Shown: positions 19,643-28,969, numbered from the stretch's first letter. The stretch: DNA of 64,000 nucleotides from Candidatus Methanophaga sp. AG-394-G06 (GCA_009903405.1 PRCZ01000002.1:912-64911); one strand, 5' to 3'. The notes: generated by a model from the letters alone, not told the origin. Numbers and translations: made by a program.

Positions 19643-19809
19643 GTTCTTACTTTAAAAATATAAGTGGCTAATATAGCTAATATAAGAGGGGTGCAATAGA
19701 GAGAAGAAATGCTCTGGCGGGAAGAACATCTGCTCGCAATCCTCAAAGTCGGGGAATTAAGCACTTCCGAAGTGGTTGTACGAGCGGATATGAGCAAAGC
19801 AACCAAATT

Positions 19810-20010
19810 GAATTTGAATATGGAACAGGTACCTTGGAAATAATAGGTTCTGGAGTGGCGGGATTAGATGAAGTCCTTGGTGGCGCGTTCGTATCCCCAT
19901 CCATCATACTTATAGGTAGTAACGTTGGCACAGGTAAGACTACACTCGCACTACAAAGCCTGTTTATTGAGCAGATAAAGATAAAAGAGAAAATTGGGTT
20001 ATCAATATAA
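19810..20010 (+). pseudogene. KaiC/RecA-superfamily ATPase remnant (N-terminal residues with Walker A only; frameshifted and truncated)
   Basis: The sequence LEIIGSGVAGLDEVLGGAFVSPSIILIGSNVGTGKTTLALQSLFIEQ is followed by a stop. The ATG at 19810 is in a different frame, with a stop after 8 codons. Confidence 0.5.
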
Positions 20011-20023
20011 TTGTGTTAATTTT

Positions 20024-20039
20024 GTAAAATCTCGTGGTT
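20024..20039. repeat. Partial copy of the GT(G/A)TAATC(T/C)(T/C)GTGGTT motif
   Basis: The sequence gtaaaatctcgtggtt matches the 3' ends of the repeats at 4617-4632, 35100-35115 and 50835-50850. Confidence 0.4.
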
Positions 20040-20145
20040 TTTTGCCCTCGCTGTACAAATACACACAAGAAAATGACACACTTGGAAGAAACGATACCTA
20101 TTAGAAGCATACCCTAATTATATATGTAAAAGCTTATTTGTGTTT

Positions 20146-20316
20146 ATGGAGCTAAAGATGTTGGGTAAGCCGATAGAGACTTTGTTGGTGGAAGACAACC
20201 CGGGTGAGGTGTGTCTGACGCAAGAAGCACTCAGGGACGGTAAGATGCAAAACAACAGTCCAGACATCATCCTGCTCGATTTGAACCTACCGAAAATTTC
20301 TGGTTTACTATTGTGA
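20146..20316 (+). pseudogene. Response-regulator receiver domain remnant with an internal deletion
   Basis: The sequence [33 protein letters not shown] is joined directly to [18 protein letters not shown] and followed by a stop. About 35 aa spanning beta2 and alpha2 are missing. Confidence 0.5.
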
Positions 20317-20341
20317 AACTGCCACCAGAGGGAAGAGTGGA

Positions 20342-20512
20342 ATGAAGAAAATGACAGATAAGCAGATCAAAGTTCTACTGATTGAGGATGAGCCTGGAGA
20401 CGCCCGCCTGATACGGGTGATGATGTCGAAAGCAGATGCCCCTACGTTCTCTATAGAGCATGTGGAGCGGCTCTTGACAGGGTTAGAGAGCGCCTCGCAG
20501 CAGGTAGGATAG
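20342..20512 (+). pseudogene. Receiver (REC) domain N-terminus of the downstream histidine kinase, separated from it by a 1-nt frameshift near 20470
   Basis: The sequence MKKMTDKQIKVLLIEDEPGDARLIRVMM...FSIEHVERL is followed by a frame change. The -1 frame continues RERLAAGRIDVILLDLGLPD directly into the 20515 ORF. Confidence 0.6.
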
Positions 20513-20514
20513 AT

Positions 20515-21756
20515 GTGATTCTGTTAGATCTCGGACTGCCGGACAGTTCGGGGTTGGACACCTTCATCAAGGTGCATGCTCACGTACCAGATGTCCCAAT
20601 TATAATGCTCACCGGTCTCGAGGATGCTACACTTGCAATTAAGGCTGTGCAAGGGGGTGCACAGGACTACCTGTACAAGAACAAACTGGATGGCGAGTTA
20701 CTGGTACGTGCCATACACTATGCCATTGAGCGCAAGAAGATGGAGGAAGCACTGCGAGAGAGCCAGGAGAAATTCCGTGCCCTGGTTGAGACAACCAGCG
20801 ACTGGATATGGGAAGTGGACCAAAAAAGCAGCTATACCTATGTCAGTCCGAGGGTCAAGGACCTGCTGGGATATGCACCTGAGGAAGTGCTCGGCAAGAC
20901 GCCTTTTGACCTGATGCCTTTCGATGAGGCGGAGCGCGTGTCCGGGTTATTCCAAGATATTGTTGATTCCGGAAAGCCTTATTTTAGTTTTGAGAACACC
21001 AACCAGCACAAGAACGGCCGATCTGTATTGCTTGAGACACGCGGAGTGCCTTTCTTTGATGCTGGCGGTGCGATTATGGGCTATCGGGGCATTGACCGCG
21101 ACATCACCAACCGCAAGCGAGCGGAAAACCAAATAAAGAAATCGCTAAAAGAAAAGGAGGTGTTGTTGCGAGAGATACATCATCGCGTGACGAACAACCT
21201 TCAAGTTGTTTCGAGCCTGCTCAATATGCAAGCACGAGCTGCTAAAGATAAAAACGTAAAGGATATACTCTTGGAATCCCGGAACCGGGTAAATAGTATG
21301 GCTCTTATCCATAGTCAATTATATGAAAGCGAAAGCTTATCAGAGATAGATATGAAGGACTTTATAAATAAATTGTTGGTGCAATTGTTCCAGAGTTATC
21401 CCGTTTCCGATACGAAAATCACTCCGATCGTTTATGTAGGGGATTATCCACTTCCAATATCTCTTGCAGTACCGGTGGGATTAATTGTGAATGAACTTTT
21501 GGCAAACGCATTTGAACATGCTTTTGTTAACAGGAAGGAAGGTAAGATAGAGGTTAGTCTCCGTAGATCGGAAAATGGCGTGCTTGATCTGACAGTCAGC
21601 GATGATGGCGTTGGATTACCTGAAGGATTTGATATCGATGCAAATGAAACACTTGGTTTGCGCGTGGTAAAAATCCTGGCTGAAGGTCAGTTAGATGGGC
21701 ATCTGGAGGTCATCAGTAAAGACGGGACAACATTTAAGATAGAATTTAAAATATAA
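20515..21756 (+). CDS. Sensor histidine kinase (PAS, HisKA_2 and HATPase_c domains); probably a hybrid kinase whose N-terminal REC domain is frameshifted upstream
   Basis: The PAS region includes DWIWEVDQKSSYTYVSPRVKDLLGY. The HisKA_2 H-box is EIHHRVTNNLQVVSSLL. G1 and G2 boxes are present in the C-terminal ATPase domain. Confidence 0.75.
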   Translation: MILLDLGLPDSSGLDTFIKVHAHVPDVPIIMLTGLEDATLAIKAVQGGAQDYLYKNKLDGELLVRAIHYAIERKKMEEALRESQEKFRALVETTSDWIWEVDQKSSYTYVSPRVKDLLGYAPEEVLGKTPFDLMPFDEAERVSGLFQDIVDSGKPYFSFENTNQHKNGRSVLLETRGVPFFDAGGAIMGYRGIDRDITNRKRAENQIKKSLKEKEVLLREIHHRVTNNLQVVSSLLNMQARAAKDKNVKDILLESRNRVNSMALIHSQLYESESLSEIDMKDFINKLLVQLFQSYPVSDTKITPIVYVGDYPLPISLAVPVGLIVNELLANAFEHAFVNRKEGKIEVSLRRSENGVLDLTVSDDGVGLPEGFDIDANETLGLRVVKILAEGQLDGHLEVISKDGTTFKIEFKI

Positions 21757-21976
21757 AATGAAAAGCAATGGTGAGTTCAAGTATAGATTATTCGATATAT
21801 TTTGACGCTTATATCAACACCACCGGACCAATAAGGAATGAGACATGCTCATTTACAGAAGCGATAGCGATGATACTAGCACCATAGCGACAACACCATA
21901 ACAAGTCTTTAGGCATAAATAAGAGCAAGAAAAAAATAAATAAAAAAGAAAGAAAGAGGAAAAAAACAAACCTCTT

Positions 21977-22897
21977 CTATTCCATTAGTTTCTTAAGTGG
22001 TGGTATTATCCGGGGATACCCAACAGCCATCATGTGACATCCGGCAGCCGGTGTACCTTTCAGATGCTCCAGGAACCCGGTAAAGAATTCTATGTTTACC
22101 CTATCAACCTCTTCCTTCTTCTTCTCCTTGTCCTTTATCGCTTTCGTCGCCCTCATAGCCTCCAGATAATCCGGTGGCACATCCACACCCGCAACATATT
22201 TATCGAAGAAATCCGCCTGTCCGAAAGTCCTTGCCGGAAATATCCCCACCAGAATCGGGACATCTACTTTACCCAACTCGTCAAAGAACTTATCTAAGAC
22301 ATCAGTGTAGTAAACGACCTGCGTTTGTAGGTATTCCACGCCGGCATTGATCTTCCTCTTCACTTTTCCCACTTCCGCCTTCAAGTGTGCTGCTCCTGGT
22401 GCCGCGGCACCGCCCACATGCAGTTTCGGTGGGTTATGTATCTCATTGCCACCAAGGTCTTTGCCATCATCTACCATCGACCGTATCAGCTTTATAAGCG
22501 TGGTTGAGTCCAGGTCGAATACCGGCTTTGCATCTGGTGTATCTCCCAATGAAACGTGGTCGCCCGCTAACGCTAAGATATTCTTCAATCCTAAGGCACC
22601 TGCGCCAAGCACGTCTGATAGAAGCGCCATACGATTCCTGTCCGAACACCTCAACTGGTAAACGCATTCCATACCCGTCTCTTTCTGGATTAGATATGAC
22701 GCTGCCATACTGTTAACATAAGCGAAACTCTGTGGATTGTCCGTCACGTTACAGGCTACCACCATACCCACCAACTCTCTTGCCATCTCGATCGGCTCGT
22801 TGACGTCACCCGCTTTTTCCGGCTCTAACTCGCCTGTGAAGACGTACTCCCCCTCTTTCAACTCTCTCATCAAATCACTATACACTTCGTCACCCAT
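21977..22897 (-). CDS. metF: 5,10-methylenetetrahydrofolate reductase-like protein (MetF, archaeal/acetogen type)
   Basis: The MTHFR TIM-barrel fold is indicated by GAGALGLKNILALAGDH and an FAD-binding region. The gene is paired with a metV-like gene. Confidence 0.8.
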   Translation of the reverse strand: MGDEVYSDLMRELKEGEYVFTGELEPEKAGDVNEPIEMARELVGMVVACNVTDNPQSFAYVNSMAASYLIQKETGMECVYQLRCSDRNRMALLSDVLGAGALGLKNILALAGDHVSLGDTPDAKPVFDLDSTTLIKLIRSMVDDGKDLGGNEIHNPPKLHVGGAAAPGAAHLKAEVGKVKRKINAGVEYLQTQVVYYTDVLDKFFDELGKVDVPILVGIFPARTFGQADFFDKYVAGVDVPPDYLEAMRATKAIKDKEKKKEEVDRVNIEFFTGFLEHLKGTPAAGCHMMAVGYPRIIPPLKKLME

Positions 22898-22914
22898 TTT
22901 TTTATTCTCCTCCT

Positions 22915-23673
22915 TTATTCATCAAGCTTTGGCTTCGGGCCGAATGTAACAGCCATCATTCCCTTCATAGCACCTATACCGGCAGCCACATCAATCTTTA
23001 CTGGCTTTTCCATCTCGAACAGACGTGGTCTCTTCGTTTTACTCCATTCGTGTGGGTCTCGTATACTTGTGAATTTGTCGAGCTCATCAAGTTTCTCCAT
23101 TCGCTCATATATCTTCACCCAGGCGCAGTCCTTAGTCTCGTCTATTTCACATTTATTACCCTCTCGCACACCACCGCAAGGACCGTTCATCAATCCCTTT
23201 CCGCACGCGGTCAAAGGACAGATACCCGCTGTTTTGCCTAATTCGCACATTCCGCAGGACTGACATGTCTCCTTGAGATGGATAGGTCCACCACCTACAA
23301 GCCCTATTGCATCGTTTGCCGGTATTACTGACTTTGCAATCCCCATTTTCTCGTCCATGTAGTCGGCCACTACTTGCACACCACTACCACAACTCATCAC
23401 TAAAACAGCATCGCGATTCTCAAGCTCTTTTCGGTTCTTTTCCAGAAATACCCCACACTTCTCAATTTCACAAGCTTGAATACTGAACGGCAGGGGGATT
23501 TTGAAGACATCCTTCCCTTCTTTCGTAAGATTCTCGGCCAGCTCATTTACCGCTTTTGTGTCACCCGTACGATAGAATGTAGCACAGCCACCACAACCCA
23601 TTACTACTACCTTCTGTTTACCTTCGAGATAACCCAAAATCTCTTCCATAGGCTTCTGCTCTTGCGCAATCAT
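22915..23673 (-). CDS. metV: MetV-like Cys-rich partner of MetF (methylene-THF reductase C-terminal domain protein)
   Basis: Multiple Cys clusters are present (CGGCATF, CQSCGMC...CPLTACGKGLMNGPCGG, CEI...KDCAW). Confidence 0.7.
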   Translation of the reverse strand: MIAQEQKPMEEILGYLEGKQKVVVMGCGGCATFYRTGDTKAVNELAENLTKEGKDVFKIPLPFSIQACEIEKCGVFLEKNRKELENRDAVLVMSCGSGVQVVADYMDEKMGIAKSVIPANDAIGLVGGGPIHLKETCQSCGMCELGKTAGICPLTACGKGLMNGPCGGVREGNKCEIDETKDCAWVKIYERMEKLDELDKFTSIRDPHEWSKTKRPRLFEMEKPVKIDVAAGIGAMKGMMAVTFGPKPKLDE

Positions 23674-23741
23674 TTTTATACCTCCATTAATTATCTGGAG
23701 AACAGGAAGCTATATAAAAGTTTCTATTTTTACGTCCTAGC

Positions 23742-24392
23742 CTACAAATTTGGATTCATGAACAAAAGCATGTACAGCCCTATCAGCACCAGTATGACTC
23801 CCGAAATCCTTTTAATAATCACACTGTACTTATTAAGCGGTTTTAATGTGAATTGAGAGATATATGCAAGTGCAAGTAGCGGTATCCCCAACCCAAGCGA
23901 ATAGATAGCTAAAAGAATGGCTCCATAGAGTATGTTGCCCTCCACAGCCACAATCGCAAGTATCGCTCCTAGTATTGGACCGACACAGGGAATCCAGATA
24001 ATGCCCAGCGAAAAACCGAACATAAGACCTCCCGCGGTACTTCCCGCGTTTGTCATAGAGAATTTCGGGCTTAGCCCTGTACGTGGTATGATCCTGCGGA
24101 TATTTTGCTCTATTACATCAAAGAGCATACAGAGCCCCAAAAGTATGATTACTACCCCCCCTATTGTATAAAGCATAGTTTGATATTGTTGAAATACCGA
24201 TCCAAAGGCAGAAGCAAGCACCCCCATCAGAGTAAAAGAAGCGGATAGTCCGATAACGATTGTAATGGGTATATATTTGCCCGATTTGGTCGAATATGCC
24301 GCGATTAGCGGGATTACAGGAAGTATGCAAGGCGAAAAAACGCTTAATACGCCAAATGCGAAAGCGATAAGTGGTGACGGTGCACCCATCAT
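23742..24392 (-). CDS. ccdA: Cytochrome c-type biogenesis/thiol-disulfide transporter CcdA (DsbD family)
   Basis: Six TM segments are predicted, with Cys residues in LSVFSPCILPVIPL and WIPCVGP. The ATGA overlap with the upstream gene stop supports a start at 24392. Confidence 0.8.
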   Translation of the reverse strand: MMGAPSPLIAFAFGVLSVFSPCILPVIPLIAAYSTKSGKYIPITIVIGLSASFTLMGVLASAFGSVFQQYQTMLYTIGGVVIILLGLCMLFDVIEQNIRRIIPRTGLSPKFSMTNAGSTAGGLMFGFSLGIIWIPCVGPILGAILAIVAVEGNILYGAILLAIYSLGLGIPLLALAYISQFTLKPLNKYSVIIKRISGVILVLIGLYMLLFMNPNL

Positions 24393-24925
24393 TTCACATG
24401 TCTCCTCCGGGCCCAAAGCCCGCAGATAAAGAGCGAGATCAGTGCGGTCACCACACCAAATCCGGGCGTCTGCTTTTGTGTTGTTTGCGGTGAATCTGAT
24501 GATTCAACTGCCTTCTGCATCTCTTGCACCAGCGTATCGGCATCGCGGTAGCCAACTGTACGATATACCTCTTCTCCCTGTGAGTTCGTGAATACAATTG
24601 CTGGGATGTAGCGAATACCATATTGTCTATCAAGCCCTCTTGAGCCGACAACAGGAACGAAATTTTTCGACATGTTAATCACCCGTGTATCGACAAGTTC
24701 ATCCGCCAGCATCGCGCACGCAGGGCATCCATCGCTAGAGAAGAGTATCATTGCTGGTTTGTTTTGGGACATTGCAATTTGCATACCTTCTTGATCATCA
24801 TGCCATGCTATTTCCGATTGTGCATTTACGCCCGCAGCAGCTAACATTACTATGATCAGTGCGGCGAAAACGAGTGCGGTTATATCTCTTCTCATTATTT
24901 CTATTACCCTCTTTAGTAACTGCAT
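24389..24925 (-). CDS. Thioredoxin-fold thiol-disulfide oxidoreductase (TlpA/ResA-like) with a PGF-CTERM anchor
   Basis: A signal peptide and a CPAC active site (ILFSSDGCPACAM) are present. The C-terminus reads TPGF, then a TM helix, then RRRHVK. Confidence 0.7.
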   Translation of the reverse strand: MQLLKRVIEIMRRDITALVFAALIIVMLAAAGVNAQSEIAWHDDQEGMQIAMSQNKPAMILFSSDGCPACAMLADELVDTRVINMSKNFVPVVGSRGLDRQYGIRYIPAIVFTNSQGEEVYRTVGYRDADTLVQEMQKAVESSDSPQTTQKQTPGFGVVTALISLFICGLWARRRHVK

Positions 24926-24985
24926 CTTTTTGTTTATCGGTGTAGTATATATAAGATAAGTTTAACAAGGTTAATGGTATAGAAA

Positions 24986-25960
24986 GTGATAAAGACCATG
25001 ACACTACCCCTGCCGGATGTGCAAGCGAGCAGTCCAGACATAAAGATAAACTTGACGCGGGTGGGCGTAAATAACGTAAAGAAATTGGTAGAGGTAGCGA
25101 GGCCAAACGGTAAAAGACCGGTAATCCTCATATCCGAGTTCTACATCTATGTGGACCTTCCAAGCGATATAAAAGGTGCAAACCTGTCAAGAAATTTCGA
25201 GGCAATGTACGAAGTGCTGGAAGAAGCGCTTAACATGCCGATATATGAGGTGGAAGAGTTATGTAGTGAAGTAGCGAGGAGAGTACTCCAGCTCCACGAA
25301 TACGCTTCTACCGCCGAAGTAGGTATGAAATGTGAATATATGCTAAAAAGAAGAACGCCTGTAATGAAGATTTCCTGTCAGGAGCCTGCAACTATCTTCG
25401 CAGAGGCAAAAGCTTTTCGCACCGATAACAACGACGTGAGAATAAAGAAAACTATAGGCGCCGAGATTGTTGGGATAACCACCTGTCCATGTGCACAGGA
25501 ACTAATGAGGGATAAAGCCACGGAAGAGTTAACGAAGAGAGGGGTGGCCAAAGAGGATCTGGTCACTTTTTTGGATGCTGTGCCTTTAGCAACACATAAC
25601 CAGAGAGGTAGAGGTATATTATCCCTGGAAGTGAAAGATGATATAAAACTACCTCTGGGGCGGATAATAAGTATAATAGAGCAATCAATGAGTGCAAAAA
25701 CATACGAAATCTTGAAACGGCCAGATGAAGCGGAAGTCGTTGCAACTGCGCATAAAAAGCCCATGTTTGTTGAAGATTGTGTTAGGGCGATGGCGAAGCG
25801 AGTAGTAGAATCGTTTAATGAGCTTCCTGATGACTCTATCGTCTCCATAAAGCAGATAAACGAGGAGAGTATTCATCAGCATGACGCCGTTGCGGAGCGA
25901 ATTGCTTCTATCGGCGATCTGCGCAGGGAGCTAAAAGAAAGCGATGCCGGGGTGGCCTAG
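24986..25960 (+). CDS. mptA: GTP cyclohydrolase MptA (FolE2/COG1469 family)
   Basis: The N-terminal INLTRVGV and the GITTCPCAQE Cys motif are typical of the FolE2/MptA family. The protein is about 320 aa. Confidence 0.65.
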   Translation: MIKTMTLPLPDVQASSPDIKINLTRVGVNNVKKLVEVARPNGKRPVILISEFYIYVDLPSDIKGANLSRNFEAMYEVLEEALNMPIYEVEELCSEVARRVLQLHEYASTAEVGMKCEYMLKRRTPVMKISCQEPATIFAEAKAFRTDNNDVRIKKTIGAEIVGITTCPCAQELMRDKATEELTKRGVAKEDLVTFLDAVPLATHNQRGRGILSLEVKDDIKLPLGRIISIIEQSMSAKTYEILKRPDEAEVVATAHKKPMFVEDCVRAMAKRVVESFNELPDDSIVSIKQINEESIHQHDAVAERIASIGDLRRELKESDAGVA

Positions 25961-26019
25961 TTGGTTAGGGCGCTGAACTCATAATTCAGAGGTCGCGGGT
26001 CCGAACCCCGCCCCCGGCA
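25946..26019 (+). tRNA. tRNA-Met (anticodon CAT, elongator type with G1:C72; could be Ile2)
   Basis: A manual cloverleaf fits: acceptor GCCGGGG/CCCCGGC, anticodon stem CTGAA/TTCAG with loop CTCATAA, and T-arm GCGGG-TCCGAAC-CCCGC. The T-loop is atypical. The tRNA overlaps the last 15 nt of the mptA ORF. Confidence 0.7.
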
Positions 26020-26034
26020 TTATCTTTAATAATG

Positions 26035-27576
26035 CTATTTCTCTTTTTCCTTCACATAAATCGTATCCCCTTCCTTCAGCTTGCTGAGGAAAGACATAGT
26101 TGGTGGCGTGAGTGACGGAAATGAGAGAACCATATTAGCGCCATCGAAGGACTCCCCCGTGGGCCCATACTCTTTGCTGTCATCCAATCGTATACCCATT
26201 ACCCCGCAATTCGCTCTGGACATGTTTGTAACGCCAAGTATGCCCTTTTTAACTGCCCCTTTTGGCAAATTCTCGGGTACTAGTGTCCCGGCTTCATCGG
26301 AACTACCCTTAAATAAAATCAGCATACCAGGAACGCTAAAATGCACATTCAGCTTCCCTATTGGCCTATTAATCAATCCCGTGACCTTTCTGAAATACCA
26401 AAGAGTCCTTGGTGCTTCTTTATGAAATAATTCCACCTCAAGTACCGCCTCACTTTTGACTCCAACTGTCCTTACTGAACCAATATCCATAATATCCATT
26501 GTCAACGCTGGTGACTGGTCTACAACTACCGCATCATCATCAGTATTCCCCTCTCTCACTTGCTCAATGTTTTCACGCTCAAAAAACGCTTCTACTTCCT
26601 TTTGCGTATGCCCCACCATCATCATCCACTTCGGCTCAGTCATGGTGTAAACCGTATCACCCTGCTTTGCATAATCTATCAAGTCCCCGCCCTGGATTAT
26701 CTCGCCAAACACGTTATGGGATGTGTGCGGTAGTCTGTTCCCTTTATATGTATACACTTTCCCCTTCTCTGCGCCTTCATTTCTTACCGTCAGGTAATAT
26801 TTCGACCGATACTGAATATTCTCAATGGGTAAACTAAGCCCTTTTAGTGATTCAGAAGCTAAATAACTAGTCGTATAATCATCTATGTTGAAGGTACCAT
26901 CTCGCGTGAGTGATAAGAAGTGTTCACTTGACATTGGTGCTTCTTGAAGGAGTTTTACTTTTGCATAGGTGAATATCTCCTGCCCTTCTCCTATCTCGGT
27001 ATTCATGTCCGTAGTGACAAAGCCAACTCTCTCCGCCTTTGTCACGATAGGGTTTATCTCCTCTATTTCATCACCTTCGTCCAAATCAGAGATAATACTC
27101 CGTCCCCTCGTTAGTCTTCCAATTACGGCATCTGAGCCTGTACCATAAGCAGCTTCATGCGCTCGCTTACTTATCATTAAGTAGGTCATACCGGGATCAA
27201 AGCCGCCGAATCCAAAGAAGACATCCCACTTCTTGTAGCTATGCTCGCTTTTTTCAACACTTAGATTTGATTTAATGGGCCCAATAGCGGTTATAGCCTC
27301 ACTCTTCCACCCTATCTTGCCGCTTTCACTACACAACCTATTATAGACATCAAGGAAAAAAGAGATAGCTTTTGTTTCTTTTCCGCTAACAATCTTTAGC
27401 CTCGCCTCGCCTTTCGCTGTCTTCAATGAAAATTCATTTTTCAATTCGCTTCGCTCTTTCTCGGAGATAACCCCTATTATGCTGCCTTGTCTGTATGCCC
27501 CATCTAACTCTTCGATAATGTCGCCTAACCTCTTGCTTCTAACTTCTTGTGGCTCGCCATTAAAAGTAATTTTCAT
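26035..27576 (-). CDS. Conserved hypothetical protein of about 513 aa (possibly the methanogenesis marker 3/UPF0288 family, unverified)
   Basis: This is a long ORF with good coding character. No signature could be confirmed by eye. Confidence 0.45.
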   Translation of the reverse strand: MKITFNGEPQEVRSKRLGDIIEELDGAYRQGSIIGVISEKERSELKNEFSLKTAKGEARLKIVSGKETKAISFFLDVYNRLCSESGKIGWKSEAITAIGPIKSNLSVEKSEHSYKKWDVFFGFGGFDPGMTYLMISKRAHEAAYGTGSDAVIGRLTRGRSIISDLDEGDEIEEINPIVTKAERVGFVTTDMNTEIGEGQEIFTYAKVKLLQEAPMSSEHFLSLTRDGTFNIDDYTTSYLASESLKGLSLPIENIQYRSKYYLTVRNEGAEKGKVYTYKGNRLPHTSHNVFGEIIQGGDLIDYAKQGDTVYTMTEPKWMMMVGHTQKEVEAFFERENIEQVREGNTDDDAVVVDQSPALTMDIMDIGSVRTVGVKSEAVLEVELFHKEAPRTLWYFRKVTGLINRPIGKLNVHFSVPGMLILFKGSSDEAGTLVPENLPKGAVKKGILGVTNMSRANCGVMGIRLDDSKEYGPTGESFDGANMVLSFPSLTPPTMSFLSKLKEGDTIYVKEKEK

Positions 27577-27658
27577 AATGTTACATCTATTGTGAACATA
27601 ATTCTTAAACTTTTCCTTTTTGTTTCATAATTTATCTATGGAGAACTCGAAGACACAA

Positions 27659-28102
27659 ATGGCGAAGATAAAGGTCAAAGTAAAGCAAATAGTCAAGAAC
27701 TTCCCCCTACCTGCTTATCAGACTGAAGACGCCTCAGGCTTAGATTTATATGCTGCTATTGGGGTCCCAATACTCATTCAACCCGGTGAGATAAAGCTTA
27801 TACCCACGGGTATAATGCTGTCTATCCCTTCTGGTTATGAGGGTCAAATTAGACCAAGAAGTGGCATAGCCTTAAAGTACGGGATTACCGTCTTAAATAC
27901 CCCCGGGACTATTGATGCGGATTACCGAGGGGAGGTGAATATTATCCTTATCAATATGGGCAAGCAAACCTTTCGGATTAATAGTGGCGATCGCATTGCT
28001 CAGCTTGTCTTCAATCGCGTAATAAAAGCGGAATTTGAGTTAGCGGAAGAGTTGGATGAAACTAGGAGGAATGATGGCGGATTTGGGCATACAGGGAATT
28101 AA
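27659..28102 (+). CDS. dut: dUTP diphosphatase (trimeric dUTPase)
   Basis: The sequences FPLPAYQTEDASGLDLYAA, RSGIALK and GTIDADYRGEV are present. The start was set at the internal Met (MAKIKVKV). Confidence 0.85.
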   Translation: MAKIKVKVKQIVKNFPLPAYQTEDASGLDLYAAIGVPILIQPGEIKLIPTGIMLSIPSGYEGQIRPRSGIALKYGITVLNTPGTIDADYRGEVNIILINMGKQTFRINSGDRIAQLVFNRVIKAEFELAEELDETRRNDGGFGHTGN

Positions 28103-28160
28103 AAATAGTGCATAAAAGCTTTATAATCTATCAAATCTTCACCTAAAGAGGATGCTAGGA

Positions 28161-28199
28161 TAAGATAAAATAAAATAAAATAAAATAAGATAAAATAAA
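28161..28199. repeat. (TAAAA)n pentanucleotide microsatellite (about 8 units) abutting the thyX start codon
   Basis: The tract reads taaaataaaataaaataaaataagataaaataaaa and is followed directly by the ATG at 28200. Confidence 0.8.
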
Positions 28200-28943
28200 A
28201 TGAAAGTGGAATTGCTTAGAGTAACAGAAGGCGGGATAGGTCTGGTTGCCGATGCGTCGAAGGTAAGCGGTGTTTCTTCGACACGCGGCGCAGAAGAGAT
28301 AATAGCGCTAAATGTAGATAACGATTATTCTTCGGTGCTAGAACATATCTATTTCACTTTTGACATATCTGAGATAAGCGTCGCTCTCAGTAGAGAACTA
28401 TTAGAGCACCGGATTGCCAGCCACACTGCGAGAAGCACGAGGTATATAGAAGAAAAGGGGTTTGGCTATTATCTTCCAGAAGAGTTAGAGCGGGAAGGGG
28501 CTGCAGCGGCGATTTACCGTGATGCTATGGCGAGTGCTAATGCGGCATACACAAAGTTGAGAGAGCTCGACATTGCGAGAGAACAGGCGAGATATGTATT
28601 ACCGCTGGCTTTGCATACTCATTATGTGGTAACGATGAATGTTCGCAGCTTGATAAACTTCTTCATGCTTAGGCTATGTGTGAGAGCGGCACCGGAAATC
28701 CGTGCGCTGGCCATGCGCATGTATAAAATATGTATGGAAGAATACCCTCTTATTTTCTCTTCGGTCTGGTGCAGGGGATTCACACTTGGTGTATGCCCCG
28801 AGAATGAAGTCAGACCCAAAGAATGCCCATTCAAAGGTATATTGCCGAAGAAGCGTGAAATAAAGGTTAAATTTGAGCGGCAAGCAAAGAGGATAATAGA
28901 GAAGGAACTGGCCACATACCAAAAAAAAGCTGATACTTTTTAA
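28200..28943 (+). CDS. thyX: Flavin-dependent thymidylate synthase ThyX
   Basis: The ThyX motif RHRIASHTARSTRY is present. The gene is adjacent to dut. Confidence 0.9.
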   Translation: MKVELLRVTEGGIGLVADASKVSGVSSTRGAEEIIALNVDNDYSSVLEHIYFTFDISEISVALSRELLEHRIASHTARSTRYIEEKGFGYYLPEELEREGAAAAIYRDAMASANAAYTKLRELDIAREQARYVLPLALHTHYVVTMNVRSLINFFMLRLCVRAAPEIRALAMRMYKICMEEYPLIFSSVWCRGFTLGVCPENEVRPKECPFKGILPKKREIKVKFERQAKRIIEKELATYQKKADTF

Positions 28944-28969
28944 AGTCATAAAATCATCTTTAAACGAAC

